Virus record (IMG/VR): IMGVR_UViG_3300011335_000505
Location: 1 to 26,269 of that record
Origin: a virus
Lineage: Duplodnaviria > Caudoviricetes
Strand: one strand, 5' to 3'
Length of the DNA: 26,269 nucleotides
Position 1 is the first letter of the stretch, and each line of letters opens with the position of its first letter. The translations under genes were made by a program, and so were the position numbers. The notes under the pieces were generated by a model. The model had not been told where the DNA came from and ran no database searches. It saw nothing but the letters and a program-made list of their open reading frames with translations. Positions 15,316-24,941 of the stretch are shown piece by piece.

Positions 15316-15620
15316 AAGTTACGGAAAAAAGGGTAACCGTTACCCTTTTTTTTAAAAAAGGGTAACCTTTGAAAGCCTTACTACTATTGACTTTTATTTA
15401 AAAGTTACCTAAGTTACCCTTTTTTTTATATATAAGTTTTATATAGAAATAAAATAAAGTAAATAAAAATCTATCTACTTAACATTTATAAAATATATAT
15501 TTACCTTATAGAAGTAATATAGCAAAACCACATAAAAAAAGGTAACTCCGTAACCTATGCTTAAAATCAATTAGTTATAAAAACAAAAAAGGGTAACCAA
15601 TAAACAAAAAAGGGTAACTT
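15316..15620. other. Probable replication origin (iterons flanking an AT-rich core)
   Basis: About ten GTAAC/GTTAC-core repeats, the fullest being AAAAAAGGGTAAC, in both orientations around a very AT-rich 15421-15535 segment, directly after the primase-helicase. Confidence 0.8.
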
Positions 15621-15938
15621 ATGGAAAATAAAATACAAAATGAGATAGTTTTATGGTGGAATGAAAATAAACCAACTCAAAGAAAAATGCTTTTTGCAGT
15701 AAATAACAACTCACACAATGCAATTAAAGGAGCAATGATGAAATCTTTAGGCGTTGTTAATGGCGTTAGCGATTTAATTTTAGTTCTACCTAACAAAGTA
15801 TTATTCATTGAAATAAAAACAGCAACAGGTAAACAGTCACCTCATCAAATTGAATTTCAAAAACAAATTGAAAGTAATGGTTTTGAATACCACATAATAA
15901 AAAGTTTGATTGAATTTAAAACCCTAATTACAAAATAA
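15621..15938 (+). CDS. VRR-NUC domain nuclease (PD-(D/E)xK)
   Basis: MENKIQ, GVVNGVSDL, FIEIKT and GKQSPHQIEFQ. Confidence 0.92.
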   Translation: MENKIQNEIVLWWNENKPTQRKMLFAVNNNSHNAIKGAMMKSLGVVNGVSDLILVLPNKVLFIEIKTATGKQSPHQIEFQKQIESNGFEYHIIKSLIEFKTLITK

Positions 15939-15967
15939 TATTTTTTACCATTTAAACCAAAACACTT

Positions 15968-15975
15968 TAATTTTG
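15968..15975 (+). promoter_or_regulatory. Possible -7 box for a nearly leaderless sigma-factor transcript
   Basis: TAATTTTG, 4 nt upstream of the GTG start at 15980. Confidence 0.45.
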
Positions 15976-15979
15976 AAAA

Positions 15980-16456
15980 GTGAAAAGCATCAATGATATA
16001 ATATCTGAGTTGTATCTTTGTAAAGACATTGATAGAGTGATAAACACTTTGCCGGTTTCCTGCAAGGAAGATATTAAACAAAATGCTTTTTTAAAACTTA
16101 TTCAAGTAAATAATTCTTTAGTTTTTGAATTATATAATAGTGGAAAGTTGAACGCATACGCTTATCGCATCATTATAAACGAATTTAAGGACTTTATTAA
16201 GAAAAACAAGGAAAGTATAGGGATTGAAAATATCGAGCTTAAAAACGAAGAATATGAAGAAATAAATATTAACTTTGAAAACTTGGAATGGCACGAAGCA
16301 GAAATATTGAAGCTGCGTGAACAACATACACTTCGAGGAATTGAACAATTAACTAAAATATCACACAATACAATTAACTCAATTTTAAATAACATATCTA
16401 AAAAAATTAAAAATGGAAAAGAAAAATACACAACAACTACAAAAGTCGGACTATAG
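15980..16456 (+). CDS. ECF-type sigma-70-like factor (putative late-gene activator)
   Basis: Region 2-like EDIKQNAFLKL and LNAYAYRIIINEFKDFIKK; region 4 HTH-like TLRGIEQLTKISHNTINSILNNISKKIK. Confidence 0.75.
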   Translation: MKSINDIISELYLCKDIDRVINTLPVSCKEDIKQNAFLKLIQVNNSLVFELYNSGKLNAYAYRIIINEFKDFIKKNKESIGIENIELKNEEYEEININFENLEWHEAEILKLREQHTLRGIEQLTKISHNTINSILNNISKKIKNGKEKYTTTTKVGL

Positions 16457-16649
16457 CGAATTTTTAAGCGAACATAAGTTTTTAGCAGAAAGGATTGAAA
16501 TTGATATTGACATCTACCCTGGTGATGATGTTTTAAAAACTTTTCAAAAGATAGCTAAGACAATAGATGCTGAAAGATACTTCACTATCTATGGTTGCCA
16601 GTCTTGCGTTAGAGAGTTGGTTAAATTTGTATATGAAAATATTAAATAA
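16413..16649 (+). CDS. Hypothetical protein with CxxC motif
   Basis: GCQSCVRELV; TAATG coupling to the terminase small subunit. Confidence 0.75.
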   Translation: MEKKNTQQLQKSDYSEFLSEHKFLAERIEIDIDIYPGDDVLKTFQKIAKTIDAERYFTIYGCQSCVRELVKFVYENIK

Positions 16650-17059
16650 TGGCAAAGCATAAAGCAATAGCAACACCTGAGGAACTTTGGGACTTATTCC
16701 TTGCATACGTTGAAAAGGAACGTAGCAACCCAATGTATAAGCGTGAATATGTAGGCAAGGATGGTGACGAAAAAGACACTCCGCTGCAAGTACCTATAAC
16801 ATTTGAGGGATTTGAATGTTACTTATGGGATTTGAATATTATATCAGATTTGGGTAAATATTCAAGTAATCAAGATGGAGCATATGAGGATTATCGCACT
16901 ATCATTACACGCATAAAGCAAAATTGTTTCATTCAAAACTTTAAAGGAGCTAGTGTTGGGTTGTTTAATGCAAACATTATTTCACGTAAATTAAACCTTA
17001 TTGAGAAAATGCAAACAGAAATAGTAGAAATGCCTTTGTTTCCAGATGTTAAAAATTAA
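16649..17059 (+). CDS. terS: Terminase small subunit (P22 gp3-like DNA-packaging protein)
   Basis: TPEELWDLFLAY...PITFEGF...GASVGLFNANIISRKLNL pattern; upstream of terL. Confidence 0.88.
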   Translation: MAKHKAIATPEELWDLFLAYVEKERSNPMYKREYVGKDGDEKDTPLQVPITFEGFECYLWDLNIISDLGKYSSNQDGAYEDYRTIITRIKQNCFIQNFKGASVGLFNANIISRKLNLIEKMQTEIVEMPLFPDVKN

Positions 17060-17062
17060 GTT

Positions 17063-17197
17063 ATGAAAAAAATATTAGTTCATTTAGCATCAAAAACGGT
17101 TTTAGGCTTTTTTTATTTAGCATTTATTTTAGCAGTTATTTTTATTAACTGGATATTTTGGCATACTATAATTCATTTTATAATTAAATACTGGTAA
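17063..17197 (+). CDS. Small hydrophobic, aromatic-rich membrane peptide (44 aa); missing from the ORF track
   Basis: MKKILVHLASKTVLGFFYLAFILAVIFINWIFWHTIIHFIIKYW; fills the terS-terL gap and its TAA abuts the terL ATG. Confidence 0.7.
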   Translation: MKKILVHLASKTVLGFFYLAFILAVIFINWIFWHTIIHFIIKYW

Positions 17198-18367
17198 ATG
17201 TTTATACGCACAACAGCAATAAACAAAATACTTAAACTTGATAAATTCGTTCGAGGTGTACAAGGAGGCACCAGTGCCGGTAAAACATACGCAATACTTC
17301 CTATCCTTATTGACATTGCAGCAAAAAACAAACAGACAGACATTTCAGTTGTCAGCGAATCAATCCCACATCTCAAACGTGGTTGCATTAAAGACTTCAA
17401 AAAGATAATGGTTGACACTGGCAGATGGGTTGATAGTCGTTGGAATGCCTCGGACTTCAAATATAACTTCGCCAATGGTTCACAAATCGAGTTTTTTAGT
17501 GCTGATAGTGATGCAAAATTAAGAGGTGCAAGGCGTGACTGGTTATATATGAATGAGTGCAATAACATTGTTTTCAATGCTTATAATGAATTAGCAATGA
17601 GAACTAAAAACGGCATCTTTCTCGATTGGAATCCTACCAACTCATTTTGGTTTCATACTGAATTACAACAAGATAGCAACGTTGATTTTATTACTATCAA
17701 CTACTTAGACAATGAGGCGTGTCCTGAAAGTGCCAAAGATTTTATTCTAAATGCTAAACGCAAAGCAGAAACTTCTACTTTTTGGGCGAACTGGTACAAA
17801 GTATATGGCTTGGGTGAGATTGGCAGCCTACAAGGTACAATATTTGATTTTAAGCAATGTGATAAAATATCGGATGCAGCAAGTTTATTAGCGTATGGCA
17901 TTGATTTTGGTTTTACGAATGATCCGACTGCAATGGTAGCAGTTTATAAATGTGATAAAGAACTTTACATTGATGAATTAATTTATCAAACACAACTAAC
18001 TAATCAGCAAATAGTACAAAGGTTTAATGAGTTAGGTATTAGAAAGGACTTGCAAATAATTGCAGATAGTGCCGAGCCTAAGTCAATAGCTGAATTGAGA
18101 ATAGGCGGTTATTCATCTACAATGCCAGCGAAAAAAGGTGCTGATAGTATAAAAGCATCAATAAACTTGCTGCAAAACTTTACATTGAACGTAACCTCAC
18201 GTTCAACTAATATCATTCGCGAATTGAGGAATTACCGTTGGGATGAAGATAAGGACGGCAAACAATTAAACACGCCTATTGACAAGTTTAATCATGGAAT
18301 TGATGCGATACGCTATGTAGCCTTGAATAAAATAAATAAGGTTACTGGCGTTTACACCATAGGTTAA
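17198..18367 (+). CDS. terL: Terminase large subunit (PBSX/SPP1-like Terminase_3 family)
   Basis: QGGTSAGKT, LYMNECN, LDWNP, GIDFGFTNDPTA, ADSAEPKSI and NHGIDAIRY. Confidence 0.96.
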   Translation: MFIRTTAINKILKLDKFVRGVQGGTSAGKTYAILPILIDIAAKNKQTDISVVSESIPHLKRGCIKDFKKIMVDTGRWVDSRWNASDFKYNFANGSQIEFFSADSDAKLRGARRDWLYMNECNNIVFNAYNELAMRTKNGIFLDWNPTNSFWFHTELQQDSNVDFITINYLDNEACPESAKDFILNAKRKAETSTFWANWYKVYGLGEIGSLQGTIFDFKQCDKISDAASLLAYGIDFGFTNDPTAMVAVYKCDKELYIDELIYQTQLTNQQIVQRFNELGIRKDLQIIADSAEPKSIAELRIGGYSSTMPAKKGADSIKASINLLQNFTLNVTSRSTNIIRELRNYRWDEDKDGKQLNTPIDKFNHGIDAIRYVALNKINKVTGVYTIG

Positions 18368-18398
18368 TCAAACATTCACTATAAAATTTAGTTATATT
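18366..18398 (+). promoter_or_regulatory. Candidate phage late promoter, copy 1
   Basis: AATCAAACA-N14-TAGTTATATT, upstream of the tail module. Confidence 0.6.
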
Positions 18399-18401
18399 AT
18401 T

Positions 18402-19076
18402 ATGACATTGAAGCAATATCAAATCTGCTATTCAATTAATGAAGCCATTGGCAATGACATTGAACGTATGGCAATGATTATTTGCGAACTTTGGAACAAA
18501 ACACCGGATGAAGTTGATAACCTAACTCGCAAACAGTTTCTTAAATATTGCAACAAGGTTGAAAAGTTATTTAAGAAAGGTTTTAAAAAGCCATTTTACT
18601 CATTTCGTAAGTTTAAAACGGATGCAACAAAATTCACGTTTGGGCAATTTATTGAAATGCAACATTGGTTAAAGAAGTCGCCTATTGATAATTTGCATCT
18701 AGTTGCAGCTACAATAAGCAAGTCGAAAAAAGAACATAGCATTAAAGCTAACTATTATTTGACACACAATGCAAGTTATTGTGTTAATGATTGTCTTGCA
18801 GCTATTGACAGTTTAAATGGGTTAGTAAGTAAGTTTAAAGGGTTATTTGAATTGCCTGAGAATGATGCAGAAGATTTGCAGGAGTTTGATAAAAAAGAGA
18901 AATTAAATAAGCATCCTTTTATTGAAAAAGATGGTTGGACTTATGCAGCTAGAGAGGTTGGCGAGTGGTTGGGGTTAAGTGTACACGAAGCTTATGAGTT
19001 GGGAATTATGGAAGCACTAAACACATTAAGCACATTGAAGCGTAAACAAGATTATGACAAGCAAATGAGTAAGTAA
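18402..19076 (+). CDS. Morphogenesis protein, possibly tail assembly chaperone
   Basis: First gene of the structural operon; predominantly helical; function inferred from position only. Confidence 0.55.
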   Translation: MTLKQYQICYSINEAIGNDIERMAMIICELWNKTPDEVDNLTRKQFLKYCNKVEKLFKKGFKKPFYSFRKFKTDATKFTFGQFIEMQHWLKKSPIDNLHLVAATISKSKKEHSIKANYYLTHNASYCVNDCLAAIDSLNGLVSKFKGLFELPENDAEDLQEFDKKEKLNKHPFIEKDGWTYAAREVGEWLGLSVHEAYELGIMEALNTLSTLKRKQDYDKQMSK

Positions 19077-19657
19077 TGGCAGCTATAAATTTAGATTGGT
19101 TGGATAATAGCGGTGTTGAAAGTACTGAATTCGTTGCAGTAGAAACGCAAGGTAAACTTGAACAATTAGCAGCTCAATATTCTATTGCACTTGCTAAAAA
19201 GTTAGGTGATGTTGATGCAAGTTCAAGTGGGGATTTAGCAGATAGTATTCAACCGTTAGCGATACAAGTTCAAGACAATGTATTTTATGTTGATATTGTA
19301 GCTGCGAAGTATGCTTCATTCATAGATGAGGGTGTTGATGGTTGGGCAAAAAGTAGGGGTTCACGTTTCAAGTTCAAGACCAGAGGGGTTGACCCAAATG
19401 GTGCAATGGTTAAGAGTGTGAAAGATTATTTAGTTCGTGAGAATAAAATATCACAATCGAAGTATGCAGTATTGAATAAAAAGAACAAAGTAAAAGACCG
19501 ACAAATACAAGCTGCAACAACCGTTGCCTATATGATTAAACGAATGGGGATTAAAGCAACTCATTTTTGGCGTGATGCTACAAATGAATTTAGCAGCATA
19601 ATTGAGAAAGAGTTAGGTATGGCAGTAAAGATTGATATAATAAATAATTTTAAGTAA
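19076..19657 (+). CDS. Neck or tail-completion protein (HK97 gp10-like)
   Basis: SSGDLADSI, YASFIDEG and GIKATHFWRDA match the TG-L-x-x-SI / YA-x-x-VE-x-G / G-x-x-x-x-PF pattern of this family. Confidence 0.65.
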   Translation: MAAINLDWLDNSGVESTEFVAVETQGKLEQLAAQYSIALAKKLGDVDASSSGDLADSIQPLAIQVQDNVFYVDIVAAKYASFIDEGVDGWAKSRGSRFKFKTRGVDPNGAMVKSVKDYLVRENKISQSKYAVLNKKNKVKDRQIQAATTVAYMIKRMGIKATHFWRDATNEFSSIIEKELGMAVKIDIINNFK

Positions 19658-20730
19658 TGACTTTTGAAACAACTCCAGATAATTACCAATCAGTAAATGA
19701 CATACTTGTTTATGTTGTGTATGATAGTAATGCAGTAGACCCAACTAAAACAGATTATAAATATGTTGCCGAAGTATGGTGTGCAGGTGCTAAGGTTCAC
19801 ACTATGAGAACATATCCTAACCCTACTAACAATAGAGGTATATTTGATACGGCTGCAATAGTTAGAGAATCAATTACGCCAACATTAACGACTGACTTAG
19901 GAACTGGAAAATGGTGGATAAATGTGCAAGTTAAGATTCGAGAGGAGTATAACGGCACAGTTGGCAGCATAGTTGCAACATCTACAGAAAAAATATTCTT
20001 TAACTCATATAATGGGCGTGTTGATACTTTAACAGGACTAAGCAGCTATACTAACAAAGTGCTAAGCAACCGACCTACAACAATCTATATGCCGAGTGGG
20101 TGTGCTACTTTTTATTTGCCATACTTCGCTTCAAGTGCTTCAAGTTTTAATGTTGTAATTAATGGCAGCACAACAGCGGTAACTCCTGCAGCTGCTAACA
20201 GTTTAATAAACATCAATATTGCTAATAGCTTAACAAGTGATTATACAGTTGTTATTAATGGAGTTACTTATAACGTAGTAGTTTATTGTAGTGGTTTATA
20301 CGATAACTACATTGTTCACTTCTTAAATAAGTTTGGTGGTTTTGAATCGATGTTATTCAACAAGGTAAGTAAAAAGACATTTGACATTGAACGCAAATCG
20401 TTTCAACAGTTACCTTATAGAGTTAGTAGTAGTGGAGTTGTTAGTATAAAATCGAGTAATATAATGTACGAACAAAAAACAATGTTCGGAGTTAAATTCA
20501 ATGAGAAGTTAAGAGTTTCAACCGACTTATTAAGCACAGATGAATGGGTTTGGTTAAGTCAATTAGTTTGTTCACCTATGGCTTACATTCAACAGTTAGG
20601 AAGCAGTACACTTTACCCAATGGCAATTGCAGCTACTAACTATGAGTTTAAACAAACGTTAGTTGATGGGTTGCAACAGTTAACGCTTGATGTTGAATTT
20701 AATAATGGCTATAAAACGCAGTATAGATAA
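19657..20730 (+). CDS. Virion structural protein (tail or baseplate)
   Basis: Beta-rich, T/S/N/V-rich, with FLNKFGGFES and WLSQLVCSP; coupled to both neighbours by TAATG. Confidence 0.65.
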   Translation: MTFETTPDNYQSVNDILVYVVYDSNAVDPTKTDYKYVAEVWCAGAKVHTMRTYPNPTNNRGIFDTAAIVRESITPTLTTDLGTGKWWINVQVKIREEYNGTVGSIVATSTEKIFFNSYNGRVDTLTGLSSYTNKVLSNRPTTIYMPSGCATFYLPYFASSASSFNVVINGSTTAVTPAAANSLININIANSLTSDYTVVINGVTYNVVVYCSGLYDNYIVHFLNKFGGFESMLFNKVSKKTFDIERKSFQQLPYRVSSSGVVSIKSSNIMYEQKTMFGVKFNEKLRVSTDLLSTDEWVWLSQLVCSPMAYIQQLGSSTLYPMAIAATNYEFKQTLVDGLQQLTLDVEFNNGYKTQYR

Positions 20731-22817
20731 TGATTGAATTATTTGTAGAGAAATATAATGTTGATGTTGACAAGTCATTTAGCGTTATGCTAAGTATGGC
20801 TATTGATGACATTAAAGAATTTAAGTATAAAAATTCAACTGTTAGCAAAACAATTATACTACCCGGTACTAATAGAAATAATGCTTTATTTGGTAACATA
20901 TTTGACATCAATGCAGGCAATAACTATACATCTACTAACCCTAATACTGGAGTTAATTTTAATGCAAGCGTTTCGGCTAGTGCAATAATTTTTGCGGATA
21001 ATATTCAGGTGTTTAAAGGAACAATAAGGATAACAGAAATTATTATTGATAATGGGTTTATAGAATATGAGGCATTTGTTGTAGGCGAGTTGGGTGGTTT
21101 TGTTTCAAAGTTAGGAACTGCTAAGTTAGAAGACTTGGATTTTTCTGCTTATAATCATACATACTCATTAGCTAATATTACAGGAAGTTGGAGCAATGCA
21201 GCTGGTGGAAGTGGGTACTATTACCCACTTATTGATTATGGGAATTATTCAGCAAATAAAAAAGATTATAATGTTGGCACATTTAGACCTGCATTATTTA
21301 TTAAAGAATATATCAGTAAAATATTTGCTGCAACAGGTTATACTTATACAAGTGAATTATTTACAGGCAGCGGAGTTGATGCTTTAAGATTTAGAAGATT
21401 GATAATGCCACATAATAGAAAAAGTTTGCAGCGTAAAACATCTTCTTATTTAGACATAAGTAGTACAGGTGGTGCTATTGATAATAGTGGAACAGAAATA
21501 ATAGTTTATGATGTACTTACACTTTTAGGTAATTTCACTTCAGACGTTGATAATAAAAGGTTTACTTATGGTGGCACTCCTACTATTGTGACTGAGTTAG
21601 AAATTACAATAGTAGGTAGTTGGAATTGTAATAATGGAACATCAACAAATGGTTATTTAGAGTTTTATTTACACACTACACCATCAAATTATTATTTAAT
21701 AGCTGGTATAAATATATCACAACCAACATTTAATTTAAAATTAAATGTTCCAAATAATACATTTACAACAGGAGATTACATAGAAGCATACTTTACTGTA
21801 GGTGATGCTAGTGACCCATCATTAACATTTGATGTAATATTTACATCTAATATAAAAGTAATATCTAATTATCCAGTTATAGTTCCTATAAATTATGGGG
21901 AAACAATACCTATCAACGACACCATTCCACAAAACATTCTACAAAAAGACTTTATTAGTAGCATAGTTAAGTTATTCAACCTTTACATATTCGAGGATAC
22001 TACAAAAGAAAAGAATTTGCAAATAATGCCTTTTGTTGACTTCTATGCAGATGCAACTTCTTTAGATTGGAGTAATAAAATAGACCGTTCACAGCCGTTG
22101 AGAATAAAGCCAATGAGTGAATTAAACAGTAGATATTACGAGTTTAAATTTAAAGAAGATGGAGATTATTATAATGATTTATACAAGAAAAGATATAATC
22201 AGACATACGGCTCTTATAAATATGATAGTGGCTTTGAATTTAGCAAAGACTCAACCACTATTGAATTAATATTTAGCGGCACTCCTTTACTAGGTTATAC
22301 AAGTGAAGATAAAGTAGTAAGTACAATATTTAAAAGAAATGGCACTACTATTGGACAAGGCGAGGAACAACAAGATAGCAATATTAGAATCTTACAAGCT
22401 AAGTTAATTAGTGGAGTTGCAAGTTGGGATATCAAGAACGCTGCAGGAACTAGCACATTAGGAAGCTATACAAACTACCCTTATGCAGGTCATTTTGACG
22501 ACCCAGATGCACCAACTAACGATATTCAGTTTGGAGTGCCTTCCGAGTTGTTTTTTGAGTTAGTTAGTGGCTCAATTAACGTTAATCAATTCAATGTTTA
22601 CTGGAGTAGCTATATGGCAGAAATAACCGACAAAGATAGTAAGCTATTGACGTGTAAAGTGAAGTTATCTAATACAGATATTTTCAACTTAGACTTTAAA
22701 AAGTTAATTTGGATTGATGGCAGCTTATTTAGATTGAATAAGATAATAGACTTTAACGCAAGTAGTGAAGATACTTGTACAATCGAATGTTTAAAACTCA
22801 TAAATAGAATATACTAA
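20730..22817 (+). CDS. Tail tip or baseplate hub-like structural protein
   Basis: SKTIILPGT and YYPLIDYG, a central beta-sandwich-like region, C-terminal IWIDGSLFRLNKI; directly upstream of the tape measure. Confidence 0.65.
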   Translation: MIELFVEKYNVDVDKSFSVMLSMAIDDIKEFKYKNSTVSKTIILPGTNRNNALFGNIFDINAGNNYTSTNPNTGVNFNASVSASAIIFADNIQVFKGTIRITEIIIDNGFIEYEAFVVGELGGFVSKLGTAKLEDLDFSAYNHTYSLANITGSWSNAAGGSGYYYPLIDYGNYSANKKDYNVGTFRPALFIKEYISKIFAATGYTYTSELFTGSGVDALRFRRLIMPHNRKSLQRKTSSYLDISSTGGAIDNSGTEIIVYDVLTLLGNFTSDVDNKRFTYGGTPTIVTELEITIVGSWNCNNGTSTNGYLEFYLHTTPSNYYLIAGINISQPTFNLKLNVPNNTFTTGDYIEAYFTVGDASDPSLTFDVIFTSNIKVISNYPVIVPINYGETIPINDTIPQNILQKDFISSIVKLFNLYIFEDTTKEKNLQIMPFVDFYADATSLDWSNKIDRSQPLRIKPMSELNSRYYEFKFKEDGDYYNDLYKKRYNQTYGSYKYDSGFEFSKDSTTIELIFSGTPLLGYTSEDKVVSTIFKRNGTTIGQGEEQQDSNIRILQAKLISGVASWDIKNAAGTSTLGSYTNYPYAGHFDDPDAPTNDIQFGVPSELFFELVSGSINVNQFNVYWSSYMAEITDKDSKLLTCKVKLSNTDIFNLDFKKLIWIDGSLFRLNKIIDFNASSEDTCTIECLKLINRIY

Positions 22818-24853
22818 TGGCAGACATTGAAATAAAAGCGAGGATAAGTGCTGACACAAGTGAAGCAACGAAAGGTGTTGATAAACTAAACAATTCACTA
22901 GGTGCAACTAAAAAAAGCACAAGTGATAGTGTAGGTAGTTTTGGAAAACTAAAAGATACAATAGGCTCTATTTCACCATCAGCAGAGGGAGCTATTGGAG
23001 CATTAGAGGGTGTTAGTAAAACTATGTGGAAATTAGTGGCTAATCCAGTAGGTGCTATAATTCTTGCAATAGTAGCAGCATTGGCACTACTTTATAAATC
23101 TTTTACTAACTCATTTGAGGGTGGGCAAAAGATGGAACAAATATTTGCAGGAATAAAAGCAGCAGGACAAGCATTAATAGATAATCTTGAAAAGATTGCA
23201 GGTGCAATAATAAAATTAATGAAGTTTGATTTTAGCGGTGCAATTTCAGATATTAAAGGAGTTGTAAAAGAAGCAGGCGAAGCTTATAGTGCAATGGCAA
23301 AGCTAACAGAAGAGGCTCAAAAATTGCATCAAGAACAACTTGCGAATGATTTAGACCAATCTAAAAGAGCAAAGGATTTAGCTATATTAAAAGAACAAGC
23401 TTATGATGAAAGTGTACCTATTGCAGAAAGGAGAAAATTGTTATTAAAATTAAAAGCAGAATCTGAACAAAATGCAAAAGATGACATTGATTTAGCTAAA
23501 CGAACAACAGATAATAAAATTGCACAACTTACTTTACAAAAAGATGGTGCAAAGAAAAATCAAGATGAAATTAATAAACTTAAAATTGAACAAAATAATG
23601 TTGAAACTCAAAACGCAAATGAGTTAAGGGCAATTAGTAAACAGATTAGAAACATTGATAAAGCAGATGCTGCTGAACAGAAAAAAATACAAGATGAAAA
23701 TAATGCTAATACTAAAAAATATCTTGAATTAAAAAACAAAATAATAAATGATGCTAATCTAGCAGCTATTCAAGATGAAGTAAAAGTAAATATTCAAAAG
23801 GTTTTAAATCAAGAAAAAGATAAGCTAAAAGAAATTGAAGCACTTAAGACAAGTGAAAAAAATAAAGCTGAATTAATAGCAATGATTAAACAATCTTCTT
23901 TACAAGAGATTGCTAAAATTGAACGTGATGACAGAATAAAAAAAGCAAAAATTCAAGCAGATTTTGATTTAGAATTAAATAAGCTACATATTGAAAGTTT
24001 ACTTAGTGGTGTTAAAGATGCAAGGGCAAAAGAACAAGCTGCTTTAGATTTAGGTTTCGAGGATAAATTTAATCAAGCAAAAGAAAAATATAAGAACGAT
24101 GCTATAAAGCTTCAACAAGTACAAGAAGAATTAGCAACACAACAAAGAAATGCTCAAGCAGCATTAGACGATAAGTTTGAAAAGGAAGATAAAGAAAAAA
24201 AGAAAAAAAAGGATGAAGAACAAGCAGCTTTAAAAACTGAATTACTTAACCCTTACGATAAAGAAGTTGCACAACTTGAAGAAGCATACAAAAAGAAATT
24301 AGAAATAGCTAAGGGTAATGAGGCTTTAATTGCAGCGGTTGAAAAAGAATTTGGTGAGCAAAAAATAGCATTAAGAGCAGCACATAAACAACAAGAACTT
24401 GATATTGTTGGAGGTATGGCAGGGCAATTATCAAATTTATTAGGCAAACAAACAGCGGCAGGTAAAGCAGCAGCAGTAGCAGGTGCAACTATTGATACTT
24501 ATTCAGCAGCTTGGAAAGCTTTTAGTAATGCTCAAAAAAATCCAATATCAATAATAGGACCAGCATATCCATATATTTCAGCAGGTTTAGCGGTTGCAGG
24601 TGGTTTGGCAAATATAAAAAACATTTTATCAGTACCTGCCCCGGGTGGTGGAGGTGGTAGTACACCAACAGCTGGTTCAGTACCAACTCCAATAACTCCA
24701 CAACAACAATCAACTATGTTAAATAGTGCAAGTATTCAAGGTGTAGGCAATGCAGCCGGTGCCGGTGCAGGTCGTTCATTTGTATTGGATACTGATATAA
24801 AAGATAATCAAGAAAGACAAGCGAGGATAAATAGAGCAGCGAGATTGGGATAA
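22817..24853 (+). CDS. Tail tape measure protein
   Basis: ANPVGAIILAIVAALALL hydrophobic segment, long K/E/A/Q coiled coil, Ala/Gly-rich C-terminus. Confidence 0.85.
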   Translation: MADIEIKARISADTSEATKGVDKLNNSLGATKKSTSDSVGSFGKLKDTIGSISPSAEGAIGALEGVSKTMWKLVANPVGAIILAIVAALALLYKSFTNSFEGGQKMEQIFAGIKAAGQALIDNLEKIAGAIIKLMKFDFSGAISDIKGVVKEAGEAYSAMAKLTEEAQKLHQEQLANDLDQSKRAKDLAILKEQAYDESVPIAERRKLLLKLKAESEQNAKDDIDLAKRTTDNKIAQLTLQKDGAKKNQDEINKLKIEQNNVETQNANELRAISKQIRNIDKADAAEQKKIQDENNANTKKYLELKNKIINDANLAAIQDEVKVNIQKVLNQEKDKLKEIEALKTSEKNKAELIAMIKQSSLQEIAKIERDDRIKKAKIQADFDLELNKLHIESLLSGVKDARAKEQAALDLGFEDKFNQAKEKYKNDAIKLQQVQEELATQQRNAQAALDDKFEKEDKEKKKKKDEEQAALKTELLNPYDKEVAQLEEAYKKKLEIAKGNEALIAAVEKEFGEQKIALRAAHKQQELDIVGGMAGQLSNLLGKQTAAGKAAAVAGATIDTYSAAWKAFSNAQKNPISIIGPAYPYISAGLAVAGGLANIKNILSVPAPGGGGGSTPTAGSVPTPITPQQQSTMLNSASIQGVGNAAGAGAGRSFVLDTDIKDNQERQARINRAARLG

Positions 24854-24883
24854 AAAAACTCCCAACGTGGAAACGTTAGGAGT
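24852..24883 (-). terminator. Intrinsic terminator oriented against the late operon
   Basis: ACTCCTAACGT-TTCC-ACGTTGGGAGT-TTTTTT on minus (one G.U pair); the plus strand has a C.A mismatch and no U-tract. Confidence 0.7.
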
Positions 24884-24912
24884 CAACCTTAAATCTTAAA
24901 ACATTATGAAAG
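24852..24912 (-). ncRNA. Candidate small antisense RNA (about 55-60 nt) with its own promoter and terminator
   Basis: TATATTTG on minus at 24922-24915; minus-strand 11-bp hairpin at 24883-24858 followed by T6. The 5' end is approximate. Confidence 0.55.
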
Positions 24913-24941
24913 TACAAATATAAATAAATAATTTAATTAAT

